Below are positions 12,801-25,000 of a stretch of 59,131 nucleotides of DNA, piece after piece. Origin of the DNA: Spirogloea muscicola. Its lineage: Eukaryota. Location: assembly GCA_009602725.1 (NCBI GenBank), contig WELB01000009.1:1194957-1254087 (forward strand), written 5' to 3'. Position numbers and translations under genes: made by a program. Within the stretch, counting starts at the first letter, position 1. Each line of letters opens with the position of its first letter. A model generated the notes under the pieces. That model saw only the letters and a program-made list of their open reading frames with translations, was not told where the DNA came from and made no database searches.

Positions 12801-13440
12801 TTCGGACTCATCCAGATATTATGGGAGGTAGGCTAGTCCTCCACTGCTCATATTTCAGAGCTCAGAGCTTCTGCTTGTCACTAAATAGCACTGTCAACAT
12901 TTGCTATGCACATTGGTACCATGACAAGGTTTGGCCTCCTTTGGGCGCTTACTGGTGCATGCAGTCGATCCTTGCCACAGGTACCGCTGCTGATCATGCA
13001 CTGCTACCTTGTGCTGGTTAATCTGACCACGCATGAATGGGTGAGTGTGGGGGCCAGCTTTGTCCTGCAGATGTTATTAACTCCGAAAAGCCACCATCTG
13101 TATGCTCACAGCCTCACTTTGCCCTTGGCCTCAGCAGGACTCATGCTGTATTGTGCACATCCAAAGACATTCATAGCAATGGAGGCTCATGCAGTTGATG
13201 ACCTGTACAGGTACACTGGGAGAAGCACCCAGAGTTCTACACCGAGGGCCTGCCAAGACCAGGTATGTTATGGGCAGTCCATCCATTTGGATCTGGTTCC
13301 AATGTGCCATCTTCACGGATGACCTCCCCTGAGTACAGTGCTGCAACGTGGCAGGTCGGCCATTTCCTCTGAAGACGTTCAAAAATCCTTACAACAAAGG
13401 GGTGTTGCTGAACATCCGAAGCTTTTGGGATGCCGAGTGA
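9827..13440 (+). CDS. DHHC-type protein S-acyltransferase (palmitoyltransferase), multi-exon
   Basis: YCSVCQ (~11475) splices to [31 protein letters not shown] (11672-11765). TTxE motif VNLTTHEW at ~13020-13040; C-terminal [22 protein letters not shown] (TGA ends at 13440). Hydrophobic N-terminal exons; an alternative in-frame ATG lies at 9713. Confidence 0.88.
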
Positions 13441-14269
13441 GCGCGCTAAGTAGCCTGGTGTATCGAACATTGTAAATACGTTAGTCGAGCATCCACGACG
13501 AAGTGGCATATTAAGCAGCATTCTGGCCCTTTCCACTTACACCGCGCTTTCCAGAATAGGGAGCATCTGCGGAAGGCCCGCTCAGAGTGCACGCCTGCAC
13601 GCCAGGCTCGAGCTGTGACTTGCGTAGGTGCGCTGCTGGGCAGGTGAGAACGTCTTGTCGGGGTCGATTGGGGAGGCAGGCGGCTGCAGAGGGACCAGCA
13701 CACTGGGATATGGTCAGCTTTTCACGTCGCTGGGAAGCCCAGGGCGTGTTTCCACCAAAACCTCTCCTTGCCGTCTCGCACCTCCGGTTATTGTGAATCA
13801 TCGCAGTTGGGGCAGCTCGGGGCATACCAGCATTTGCAGGCATCGGTTGTTTGTAAGAGAGTGCGGCCATTGCTATGCTTGCAGCGCTCTCAAGCTTTGG
13901 CTAGTCGTCAGTGTGCTGAGCTCGAACTATGCCAGGGCACTGGCTTCCGTGGTGGTGTCCGGCTCCCCAAGTTGGCCTGTCGGTTTTGCATGTGCTCGCT
14001 TGTGGATACCGGAGTCCTCCTTCGGTTGGCTCTCGCACACTCACCTCCGGACCCCTTAGTATAGGGCTCCGCTGCATGTAGGTCCATCCTTTACACTCGC
14101 TTTTGTCAGAACAGCGGATTGGCTTTAACTGGCCTCCAGTCATTCCATGCCCACTGCGCGCATTTTCTTCTGCAAGCTACTCTTATTTGCGGCTGCTGAC
14201 CAGGGATTCTGGAGCACCAGTCGCCAAGCCACTTGCATAGACATGTGGTTTTGCGGTCTCCAGCCCCCT

Positions 14270-15100
14270 TTGGCCCTCGACCGTCTCTTTGTGTACTGGC
14301 CTTTCACGGCCATCGCCTCAATTCTGGAAGGAACAAACAGCTCAACTTCTCATGTAACGCGACGGCTGTGAGAGGCCAGCTCACAGAGATATACTGTTCC
14401 CGTAGAGGGCGATGTGGTTCCAGCCCCTATCCTCAATAGGCGAGCACTTTCTTCTGATGTGGTTGGCCAGCCCAGAGAGACGAGTGCACAAAGACGAAAG
14501 GAGTGAACAAACGGCGATGAAAAGCGTAGTCGTTTCCAGTTTCCATCTCGGGCCCTCGGCCAGCCCACGCCAAAGAAAGAAAGTCGCTTCCATGAGGGCG
14601 GTCGCTGGCAGAAGATGTGGCTCTCCTCAAGGGGGCAAGGGCTGTGCGAAGCCAGCCCAAAGAGAATTGACAAATGGGCTAGGAGGCGCCAGCCCAGGAA
14701 AAGGAATGAACAAAAGGGTATAAGGGTTTGGAGTTTAGCTAACGCGCCTCGCCTCGTCTCCTTCCCCCCCGCCTGCTGGCGCACCGCGTGGGGGGCCAGC
14801 TGGAGCCTGCTAGCTGGAGGGCAGGGAGTCGACTCTGCGGGCGCCTGACGCTGACTCTGGGGGCTGGTCGGGCCTGCAGGGCCCCTTATAGCTGCCTCTG
14901 GCTTCTGGCCAGGGGACCCACTTCCAGGAGCCCAGCATCTCTGATCTGCGGCTGCTTAGCAGGGGTTACTGAGTGTCTCGTAGCAGCTTTGTTTCTGTTA
15001 CTTAGCGCTTCCCCTGGCCCCCTTCTCGTACTCTGTTCATTCTTTTTCGGGCTGGTTGTTCCAGCCCCTATTCTCAATGGGCGAGCACTTTCTTCTTATA
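14270..15100. mobile_element. Cluster 1 of retroelement 3'-end fragments; best copy 14880-15100 on +
   Basis: 14915-15097 gacccacttccaggagcccagcatctctgatctgcggctgcttagcaggggttactga...gggctggttgttccagccc...gggcgagcactttcttctt; further motif copies at ~14290 (+), ~14365 (-), ~14415 (+) and ~14640 (-). Confidence 0.7.
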
Positions 15101-15179
15101 GTTGGCCACTGCTACGGACACGGTGAGACTTCAGGGAGGCGTCCGTACCGCCGCTGGCGCACAGTCCCGTAGCGACAAG

Positions 15180-15830
15180 TTGCCGGTAACACGCCGCGGG
15201 CTCGCGCCCGCCCCCCGCCGAACCCGCGGACTGGGCTATCGGGCCCGCGATCCGACAACGAGTGGCTAAACGGCCGTTAAGGGAACGCGCCTGCCGCCCG
15301 GCACGGGAGTGACGTCGGCGGCGGCACCCGCTCGGGTGACGTCAGCGCTTGGGGGCCCACAGGCGCGTGCGCCGCGTCGCACGTGCACGGCTCGGCCGCG
15401 GGCTGCGCGTCGACTGCGCAGAGGATGCCGCGGGAAATGAAAAGGGAGGGAGGCAAATCGCTAGGTTACTAGCCAGAGGGGAGGGGGGGAGCGGGATCCT
15501 CTGCGGGTCCATGCGCGGCCTTGCGCCGCAAGCGCCCCGGGGGGCGGGGCACGCGGAGGAGCCGGCCCCGGAAGGCAGCCGGCCGCCGTCAAGCGGGCGG
15601 GCGGGGCTCCGCCGTCAAGCCGGCCCCCGTCAAGCGGGCCCGGGGGAGGAAGGATCCGACCCTGCAGCAGATCCGACCGGCGCGGGAGCTCGTCTCCCGT
15701 CGCGCAAACGGCGCGCTGACGGCGGGGCGCTGACGGCGGCACGGGTGGGCGGGCGGGCGGGCGCGGCCGTACGCGTACGGAGCCGTACGCGACGCGGCTC
15801 TTTGCCTCCCCCTCCCCCTTAGCCGCTAGC
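15180..15830. promoter_or_regulatory. GC/CpG-rich putative promoter with clustered TGACG/CGTCA and ACGT-core motifs
   Basis: TGACG or CGTCA at 15310, 15337 (perfect TGACGTCA), 15587, 15613, 15628, 15717 and 15731; GCACGTGC at 15379; directly upstream of gccATGG at 15837. Confidence 0.35.
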
Positions 15831-15836
15831 TTAGCC

Positions 15837-16810
<974 letters not shown>

Positions 16811-17299
16811 CAACCACGCAAGAGCGGAATGCCGTCATTCCTGAGTAGTGTCGTGGCGAAGTCGCCAGCGACAGGCGTGGTTACGGCTGAGAGAATGCAG
16901 AGCCCCGTCCAGCGCCACAGCTATTGTTGGCGCCAGCGTGCGGCACAACGCCGCTGCTCGACCTGCCCCGAGGGGGCGAGGCTTTCCCTTCTCTCCCGCC
17001 GGCCACGTGCCAGTGGCCATTGCATTGTAGCTCAGTATCTCAGGTAGCTGTCGTGCAGTACATGCGAGTGCCCCCACTAGGCTGGCAGCAGCGCTCGTCT
17101 TCGCCCATCCTTGTATATTGGAGCCCACAAGCTGTGGGAGCCAAGTGTACCTCTGAATTCACATAAAACAACTCTGCGCCGATGCCAACTTATGCAGCAT
17201 GGGCCACTGCTTCTCCCTTCTTGCGCCACTGCTTCCCAGATGCAAGGCATGAGAGGTTCCCCCGCTGCTCGCACGAGTCGCCAGCCGGAGGAAAGAAGA

Positions 17300-19330
17300 C
17301 ATGTACTGACTGATGGGGGAACTGAGTGGCCGAGTACAAAGACAAGCTAGCACATCTACAGACGTAGAACACCTGCCTGTTCAGCTGACCGGCTCAGAAA
17401 CCGCGGGTCAGCAACAATAGACAGCTCTACTTACGTAAATGGGCAAAATGTAAGGCCCAAAGGGTGTGAGCCAGGGCTCGAGGGGAGCAGCAGCGTCGGC
17501 GGGAAAAGCGCGGGGAGGCTGCCCCTCGGCGGAGCCGACTGTCAGTCCACGTGGCGCTCATACGTTGACCCGGTCGAGCCACGTCGGATGCACCGCGTTG
17601 ACCGGCGCCGGCGGCCTCACTCGTGGCGGGCGAAACGGAAGGCCCCAACTTGAATGGCTTTCCGATCGGAAGTATATACCGTTAAATGGTCCTCCAAACC
17701 TTTGGACCCCCCGAGCTACCCATAGGTGCCGCTTGCTGCGACAAGTGGCATTTGCCACTTTTTTGGCTTCCGCCGTCTATTCGCGGACAGGCCACGCCTT
17801 GGCTGCTGCCTCCCGAGTCCCGACGCTTTTCTGCCCTAGTTATCCTGATCTGCACTTGCTAGCCAGAGGTAGTTGGAGCCGAAATGCGCTCAAACACACG
17901 ACTAAGCCAGAACCACGAAGGATGGCTACAGAGTAAGCAGCCGCAAGTGGAGAGATTTCAGCCGCCGGAAAGCAGTCCCCTTCAGCTACTTAACCAGCTC
18001 GCCCGCCACGCAATCGCCCGTCGCTTCCATGGTGAGCCGGTAGACTTTCCTGCAGCCGGGTCGCTGGCACAAGTGTATCGCATGCGCTTGGCCGTCTCGC
18101 TGCAGAGGTCCATGGCCCGTGCGCTGCACCTTCGTGCCGGAAGAGCCCTAGCTGCTGCCTCTGGCTCTGGCCGGAGGACCCACTTCCAGGACCCTAGCAT
18201 CTCTGATCTGCGGCTGCTCAGCAGGAATTACTGAGTCATTCGTAGCTGCTTTGTTTCTTCTTGTGCTTGTCTTTCTTAGCGCTTCCCCTGGCTCCCTTCT
18301 CGTACTTTGTCCATTCTTTTTTGGGCTGGCTGTTCCAGCCCCTATCCTCAATGGGCGAGCTCTTTCTTCCTTCATGAAAGCCAGAGGCTGCAGCTAGAGC
18401 TCGGCCAGCACGCAGATGCAAGGCGTGGGCCATGGACAGCCACTCTCAAAAGTCATGGGGAGTAGCTTCGTGCTTTTGCGTCTTCCCATTAAAACATTGT
18501 GCTATCCTTTGGGCTGGCCTCTCACAGCCATTGCCTCACATTGGAAGAAGAGGTACTCAATATCAGAAGTGATCTGAATGACCATCCTTCTCGGTATGTT
18601 CTTAGTTGTGTATTTGAGTACTTTCCGGCCCCTTTGGAAGAAGGGAATGGCTCTTCCCTTGGTGGTCTTTACGTGTTCTGGCTCCATTGGACCTTGCTTC
18701 TTTATGTCGTGGACTGGCTTGTCACAGCCCTCGCCCCCGTTGAAAGAACTGCCTGTCTCCTTTGATGGTCTCTACGTGGTCCGGCTCATTTGGACCTTTT
18801 TCGACCTGTCGTGGGCCTGGCTTTCACAGCCATCAGGCCCTTTGCAAGAGCTGCGGGGGCCGATGCAGTGCATAAAGAGAGTTCACCCCAGAGAAGGGGC
18901 GGTGCTTGTGGAAGGCCAGCCCCAGTGGGGCTGGTGCCGGGACTGCACGCCCCAGAGATGCAACAAGGAGTTTCACAGCCAAGTCTGCCTGAGCAAGGAA
19001 AGTGACGACCGAGGCAATGACGGCCCACTGGAGTAGGGGTGGTTGCTGTAAGCGCGGTCAGCCCCAAGGGGTTGGGAAACGTCTCTGTGCAGCGCAGGCT
19101 GACCAGCATCAGCAGTTGCTCGGTGACCAGCCCCACGCATTGGGACCAGCAGGGGGAATGGAGTGTGTATAGAGTGATGGAGGGCCTGAGAGGCCAAGTA
19201 CGATGGCAAGCACATTGGCAGATATGCATCAGCTGCTGCTAAGCTGACCCGCTCAGTAACCACGAGTCAGCAAGTAGAGGTGGCTAATCGATGGTCAAAA
19301 GGGGGTATTTTCAGAGGGCCATTGCGAATG
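17300..19330. mobile_element. Cluster 2 of retroelement 3'-end fragments on both strands
   Basis: Copies at ~17300-17480 (-, LLTRGF-stop), 17765-17880 (+, DLHLLARG), 17975-18370 (+), 18378-18436 (-), 18500-18550 (+), 18685-18762 (+), 18790-18855 (+) and ~19170-19330 (-, SISHLYLLTRGY-stop). Confidence 0.65.
17975..18370 (+). mobile_element. Longest fragment of a CRE-clade-like (RLE-type) non-LTR retrotransposon: ORF C-terminus plus 3' UTR
   Basis: LQLLNQLARHAIARR...SLAQVYRMRLAVSLQRSMARALHLR resembles the RLSVALQRGNARAI helix that follows the RLE endonuclease of CRE-like elements. Stop at 18234, then a 3' UTR with hairpin gggctggctgttccagccc and tail ctctttcttcc. Confidence 0.7.
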
Positions 19331-19475
19331 GTCTGAGAGGGCTTCGCCCACTAACCTCCACAACGATTGTCATGACCAGGAAGAGGGGAAAGCATTGCAG
19401 TCGCAACTGCAGAAGTAATTCCTACGCAGCATTGTGCATTCGGGAGCCCTAGCTACCGATTGCAGTGCCTCAAAG

Positions 19476-21455
19476 CTACCTGTCGTCTGCCCTTTGGCCC
19501 TCCACCACCGGCGGCATCAGCGAAGCAAGCCGCACGCGGTACCGCGCTATCTTCCTCGCTCGCTCCTCCTTATACCTGCACGTCGCTCTCTTAGCAGATC
19601 AGGGAGGCAGCCTCTGAAAGAAGCTCAACAAGTCGCTGCTCCAGGCTCCTCAGCCGCTTGATGTGATGCAGCCACCATTTTCTGGAGCCTTTGAGAGATG
19701 ATTTGGGTCAGCAGAGGGCTTCTTGACCTTCTGCGAGTAGCCTGAAACCCTGCAATCTGATGCAGCAAGAGCTCTGCAGGACTCATGTCCTCCACTGGCT
19801 GTGGAAGCTGCCAATTACACAAGGATTCCGCATACAATCAGGAGCGTGGAAGCCACCAAGCAGAGCTAGTCAAGAAATGCTTCTCATCCAGATCAATACA
19901 ACACGTGGACAGGATAACAGCAGACCTGACTTGAAGAAGCAGAGCTGCCAGCTTTTCCAAGCTCCAGAGCATCGTCAGGCTCGTCCTCCATCGACAAAGG
20001 CTTGGGCAGCGCCATAGGGCTACCCCTTAGCATGCTCTGCAAGTCAGCAGGCATTCAGATGTCAATCTTGCGATTATGCTCAAGAAGGAACCGCAGCCTG
20101 CACATAGAGCCAATCATACTCCAGGGTTGAAGAACATGCAGCAGAAATTTTTTTTTCTAGCCAGTCCCTGTGTTCCTGTTGAGAGCGCCTGGCAAAGCCT
20201 GCTCTTCATATCTTTAAAGGGGGCGGTTGTGTAAGCTTTGGGTCCATACGGCTCCTTGTCGTGGTGCAGCGTCGTTCCTCATCCATCTTCGGCACAGGTC
20301 GTATAGGGAGCTTGGGTCGTGCTCGGATGCTAACCTGACCTGAGCAGCAAGGAGAAAGCAAAACGCACCGCTAGTCAGAACACTGAGCGCATATGCCTGC
20401 AACTTTGACGAGTGCTGCTGACAAACCCATAGAAATTTTAAAGTCATCACGTAGCAAGATGACCTTAACTACATCCTACAAGCAAAACCTCTTATCCAAA
20501 TAATCGACGAATGTGCCTCAGCTTTGAGCCATGTCAAGCAAAAGGGAGATGTTGTGCTGACCTGCCTGTCGCAGACCACAACCACATGTTGATCATCGGC
20601 GTCCTTTGGCCTGCCACAGAGCAACAGGTTTGGAGCGTTGAGCCCCACCACAACTCCCACTATACTGTCATGAGTCCTATGTCTAACAGATGTCGCTTCG
20701 GCTTCCTGTAATAACCGGCGTAATATAAGGTAGCAGGTTTGAGTTGTGCTGCTGCCGAGGTATCACCTTGAGGCCTCGCCGTATTGCACACTCGCTCCGT
20801 AAGCTGACACTCTGCCAGGGGACTGCAGACAACATATGCAGTACTGCCAGTGAGGCCTGCTAATGGTATAATGACAACCAGTTCCCCAAGTTGGTCTATC
20901 AATCAATCGCTTGCCCATTTGCTTAACAGTCGGTTATTACTTATGACATGTTCATTACCAAGGGTGAGGCAGTAGTAGTGCATCCGGCGCGGCGCTCACC
21001 TTGGTGAAGGAAGGCCGGGCCGCCATCCGGAAGCCAGCGAGAGCGTGCTGGGGCAGCTTGGCGGCCGCAGGGCTGCCGGGAGGCGCCTGCAGCCGCTGCA
21101 GCGGCTCGGCCGCCGCCTGCTGGTGGAGGAGGGGCTGCTGCAGCCGCTCCGGCCATGGTGGGGACGCCGGCGCCGTGGCGGCGGCCTTGCCCGACGGCGA
21201 CGACCCGAAGTAGGGGACATGGCGGACACCGCCGCCGTCGCGAGAGCCCGGTGGAGAAGCGCCGCCGAGCCGGGACGGCGTCGCCGTCAGCGAATGCGGC
21301 GGCGGCGGCGGCGGCGGCGGTGATGGCGGCGGCAATAGCGCCGCGCCTCGCGGGATGAGGCGCGGGAATGAGGGGGGGTTGCCCTCTGGTCCGACGGCGG
21401 CGGGCAGGGAGAAAACTTTCCCCGGGCTGCCCGCAGCCTCCACCATATTTGACAT
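19476..21455 (-). CDS. LIN37: LIN37 homolog (MuvB/DREAM complex subunit), multi-exon
   Basis: Pro-rich exon 1 (21455-21000); VRLASEHDPSSLYDLCRRWMRND (LIN37 core SLYxLCRxWxRN); MSPAELLLHQIAGFQATRRR; last exon YKEERARKIARYRVRLASLMPP...stop at 19476, matching the plant LIN37 C-terminus. Confidence 0.85.
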
Positions 21456-21489
21456 GACGCCGCTTACAACCGTGGAAAGGGCACCTCTT

Positions 21490-22860
21490 GACCCACTTCC
21501 AGGAGCCCAGCATCTCTGATCTGCGGCTGCTTAGCAGGGGTTACTGAGTGTCTCGTAGCAGCTTTGTTTCTGTTACTTAGCGCTTCCCCTNCCTTACTTA
21601 CTGGAAGAGCTGTTTCTCCTCGTTTCAACGCCGCTGGCTCGTTAGCTCGGGTCTATCGCATTCGACTTTACATTTTCCTCCAGCGGTCCATTGGCCCAAG
21701 CCTTGCACCTGCGTGCTGGCCGTGCTCTCGCTGCAGCCTCTGGCTTTCGTCAGGGGAATTGCTTTCCGGCTGCTAGTCTTTGGATCTGCGGCCCCTCACT
21801 CGTGGTTTTGAGTGATTCACCCTACCCATCCTTGCAACTTTTTTTCGGTTCGGGCTGCCTTCTCACAGCCCTTGCTTTCCTGTGGGCGAGCACTTTCTTT
21901 TACTTGCTCCCATTGGGAGAGCCACTTCCTTTACCCATCCATCCATCCTAATCCAGTTCCGAGCCAACGTGTTTGGCCCCTTCGAACCTTGTCAATACAT
22001 TTCGGGCTGGCCTTTCACAGCACTTGCCCCTTCCTCTTTCACTGAGCCCTGGTTGCGTGTGCATAATTAGGGGTGCCTGGGAAGTAAAAGAAGAAGACAG
22101 CTCTTCCAGACTGACAGCATTGGCTGTGAGTGGCCAGCCCAAAGTAATGGACAACGTGTGAAAGGGCCGGATAGGGGGCCATCCTCGAGTGATTTCCACG
22201 CCTTTGCTGCGTGCTATCCCCTATGCGTCTCTTCTGGATCCTCGTCGTTCTTTGGTGGGCAGCCCCTTTGCAGCCCTCACCCCCTTGCTTCCATTTGCAA
22301 GCGCAACTTTGATACTCTCCTTCCTCGAGCTCCTTCACTTTCACAGCCATTGATTTGCGCACCCATTGCGCAGCAGCCACTTCCACAGCTGCGTGGTTTG
22401 CGCTTTCCGGCCCATTCAGACCTTGTCAATCTCCTCCTGTCCATCCTCTTTCTGGGGCTGGCCTCGCACAATCATTGCCCCCTTTTGAGGTAGCTTCTGT
22501 TCCCATCGCCCCCTTTGAGATAGCTGCTACTCCTATAGAGGAAGTGGCACTCCCAATGGGGGCAAGGGCTGCGAAAAGCCAGCCCAAAGAGAATTGACAA
22601 AGGTTTGGGAGCTATAGAGGGAGCTCCTTCTTCCCGTCCTCGAGGTGAAGAAAGAGAAGAAGCACTTTCAAAGTAAGGCGGCTGTGAGAGGGCAGCCCAG
22701 AGGAAAGGATGAAGGCGCGCGGCGCGCATGACATGAAAGGTAGGCCAAAGGAAGTCAATAGTGAAATTGACAGAAGAAGAGAAGCGGCTCTTCCCGAGCG
22801 GACGGACAGTGGCTGTAGTGGGCCAAGCCCCAGAAGATCTGACAATGTCCAATGATGCCC
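21490..22860. mobile_element. Cluster 3 of retroelement 3'-end fragments
   Basis: 21490-21590 is identical to 14915-15015. 21620-21905 is a diverged copy (AAGSLARVYRIRLYIFLQRS, ALHLRAGRALAAASG). Hairpin motifs at ~21850 (+), ~22005 (+), ~22125 (-), ~22455 (+), ~22570 (-), ~22682 (-) and ~22812 (-). Confidence 0.7.
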
Positions 22861-23201
22861 AAAAGCGCAGATCAGGTAGTTACGCAAGTGGCTAGTAGGG
22901 AGTGACCACTTGTAGCAACAATTATTAGGAGACGGCTGCTCGAAGACCCCTAGTCAACAGCTGCAAGTGAGACTGGCAGCCTCGAGACATTGTTGGACAT
23001 TGTTAGACAATAAGGAGAGTCCGAGCTTCGCAAGGGGCACTGGAATGGGTGGCCAGCACCAGAAAGACTGCTATAGCCACATTAGAAGATGTCGGAGCTC
23101 CTCCAGGGGGAAAGCACAGTGGCCTGCGAGTGGTCTGTTCATGCATAAGGAGCAATCTGTGGGTCTGAGGTGCTTTTCACTATTGGCAGTAGAAGCAGGA
23201 A

Positions 23202-25000
23202 TCAGCCACAACACTGACGGTTAGCAGGCTGTCCACGGCCAGCACACAATGACGGGTTAAGCGCCAGAGCCTCTGTGGTGCAACAATAGTTGTGCGCATA
23301 AGCCACATAGTGGAGAGTTCGGCCACGTGGCATGCCTTGAACACCCTTCCTTGCTGACAAAGCTGGCAAGATTGAGGGAGGCACACATACGTAGATAGCT
23401 TAGCTAGAGTGTCCAGGCCATCAGACGTATTTTGCAACTTACAAGGGAGATGAACACTCGGTGCGAGATCTACTGTCAACTGTGGCCGTGCCGCCGACTG
23501 CCATTTGGTCCTCGCAGCTGCCACTTTGCTTGCCTGCAGCACACACACAATAGCTGCTCTAGCGACTCAGGGCATGCCTATCAGCTGCCCACTTACTTCA
23601 GAGCTATTTGTCCGTGAGTGGCCCAACAGTCGCAGGCGTCATGCATACATGAGGCCCTGCAAGGGCAGCCTGAACAGCACAGCCCGCCACTTTACATCAC
23701 TCCTTGCACAGCCCGCGCCAGCTGGCCTTATCTCATGCAGACACGAAGGCCTCCAGAGGTGGATAGTGTGGCCAATGGGGGCGAGCCTTGTCGTGCCACA
23801 CAGTGTCGACTGCCATACTGCGTCGACAGGGCAGATTGTAGGGGAGAGATGACGTGTCAGAGGTTCTATGTGGCAGGTAGAGCAAACCAGAACAATTGTA
23901 GAAAGAAGTCAATGGTATGGCTGCATGACGGGATAGACGTGAACTACAGATGGCTTGGTGCATAGTAAAAAGTCTGAATGCAGTGAGCTTGTCAACCTAG
24001 TTAAATAGGTTGATGGACAAGTCACACGCTTAGAATCACAGTCCGGTACAAAGTCAAGGAATGCCGAACACAAGGGTTGAAGCAGTGCAACAGCCTCTAA
24101 GCAGCTCGAGACGATGTTCGAGTTTGCACTTTGGACACACACAAGGTCACGATCTTCGTAGCTTACCAAGTGTGAGCCCGTCTGAAGCAACCGGATACGG
24201 AGCTTCCCAGAGTAGGCTCTCTAGCGACTGCTCCGCCAGGTGGCCCCGCCGCGCCCTCTTGGCACGGTCCTAGACGCGCGCGCACGACGCCTACTGATGC
24301 AACGGTGGCGGCGGCGGCGGCAGCGGCGCAAGGTCGGCGATCAGTCAGAGCGAGAGACTGGGCCGGGGAACTGCTCGGCCCTGGCCCTCCCCACCCCTTA
24401 TGCATCGCCATCAAATGATCTTGCCTTTGTACTTGGCCATTTTGGCCTTCAGCCAGTTTGGCCTTCGATTGTATTAACTACACGGAATGTCCTTATGCTC
24501 GGTCAGCAGATGATTACATTGTCTCTGGGGCAGGCCATTTGGTCCATTTGGCACCCCTGGTCCCACGCCAGTGTTGCCTGGGACCGTCACTTCTACCACT
24601 ACCTACCTATACCAGCCGCTAGCCTGGCCGGTACCCGCCAACACTCGTCAAAGGTGGGTCACACACATCGAAGCGGCGTTAGGGCTTGTCGGCTTCTCGT
24701 CGGGCTTCTTTGAGCGTTCGGGCGACAGGATAGGGTCTGCCTGCCGATGCCAGATGACGGCCCGGTGGCAGATGCGCATCATCTCTGACCGACGTGGAGC
24801 CGGAAGTAGCCTGGTCGCGACTCCTTTCACACTAGACCAGATTTGAGTCCACCAATTATGTTCACGTGTACCGCCACATCGCCATCCTAGTCAGATCGAC
24901 ACCGATGAGCCACCGACGGAACACGCACGACACCTTCCACACCATCGCTCTCGCTGTGGAAGCTCATCTTCCGCCGCGCCTTCGTGTGCTACCTAGACTC
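23202..25000 (-). CDS. Candidate spliced gene of unknown function
   Basis: Exon-like block ctag|DRAKRARRGHLAEQSLESLLWEAPYPVASDGLTL|gtaagc (~24270-24168) and a possible last exon GMPRGRTLHYVAYAHNYCCT...stop 23202. No family recognised and the full frame was not assembled. Confidence 0.25.

Noticed and set aside
13450..14250. Overlapping ORFs downstream of the DHHC gene
   Set aside because: No domain recognised; probably 3' UTR or intergenic sequence.
18499..18765. Recurrent FGLASHSHC-like peptide in many small ORFs as a peptide family
   Set aside because: It is the translation of the non-coding hairpin motif; starts, lengths and frames are inconsistent.
17384..19271. Direct repeat with GCTGAC..GTCAGC hairpin at 17384-17412 and 19243-19271 as LTRs or Helitron ends
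   Set aside because: The reverse complements read LLTRGF-stop and LLTRGY-stop, so both are minus-strand copies of the same retroelement end.
21840..22860. CRISPR-like array of palindromic GGCTG..CAGCC repeats
   Set aside because: Spacing is irregular, copies lie on both strands and are diverged, no cas genes are present, and the motif is attached to a retroelement-like ORF end.
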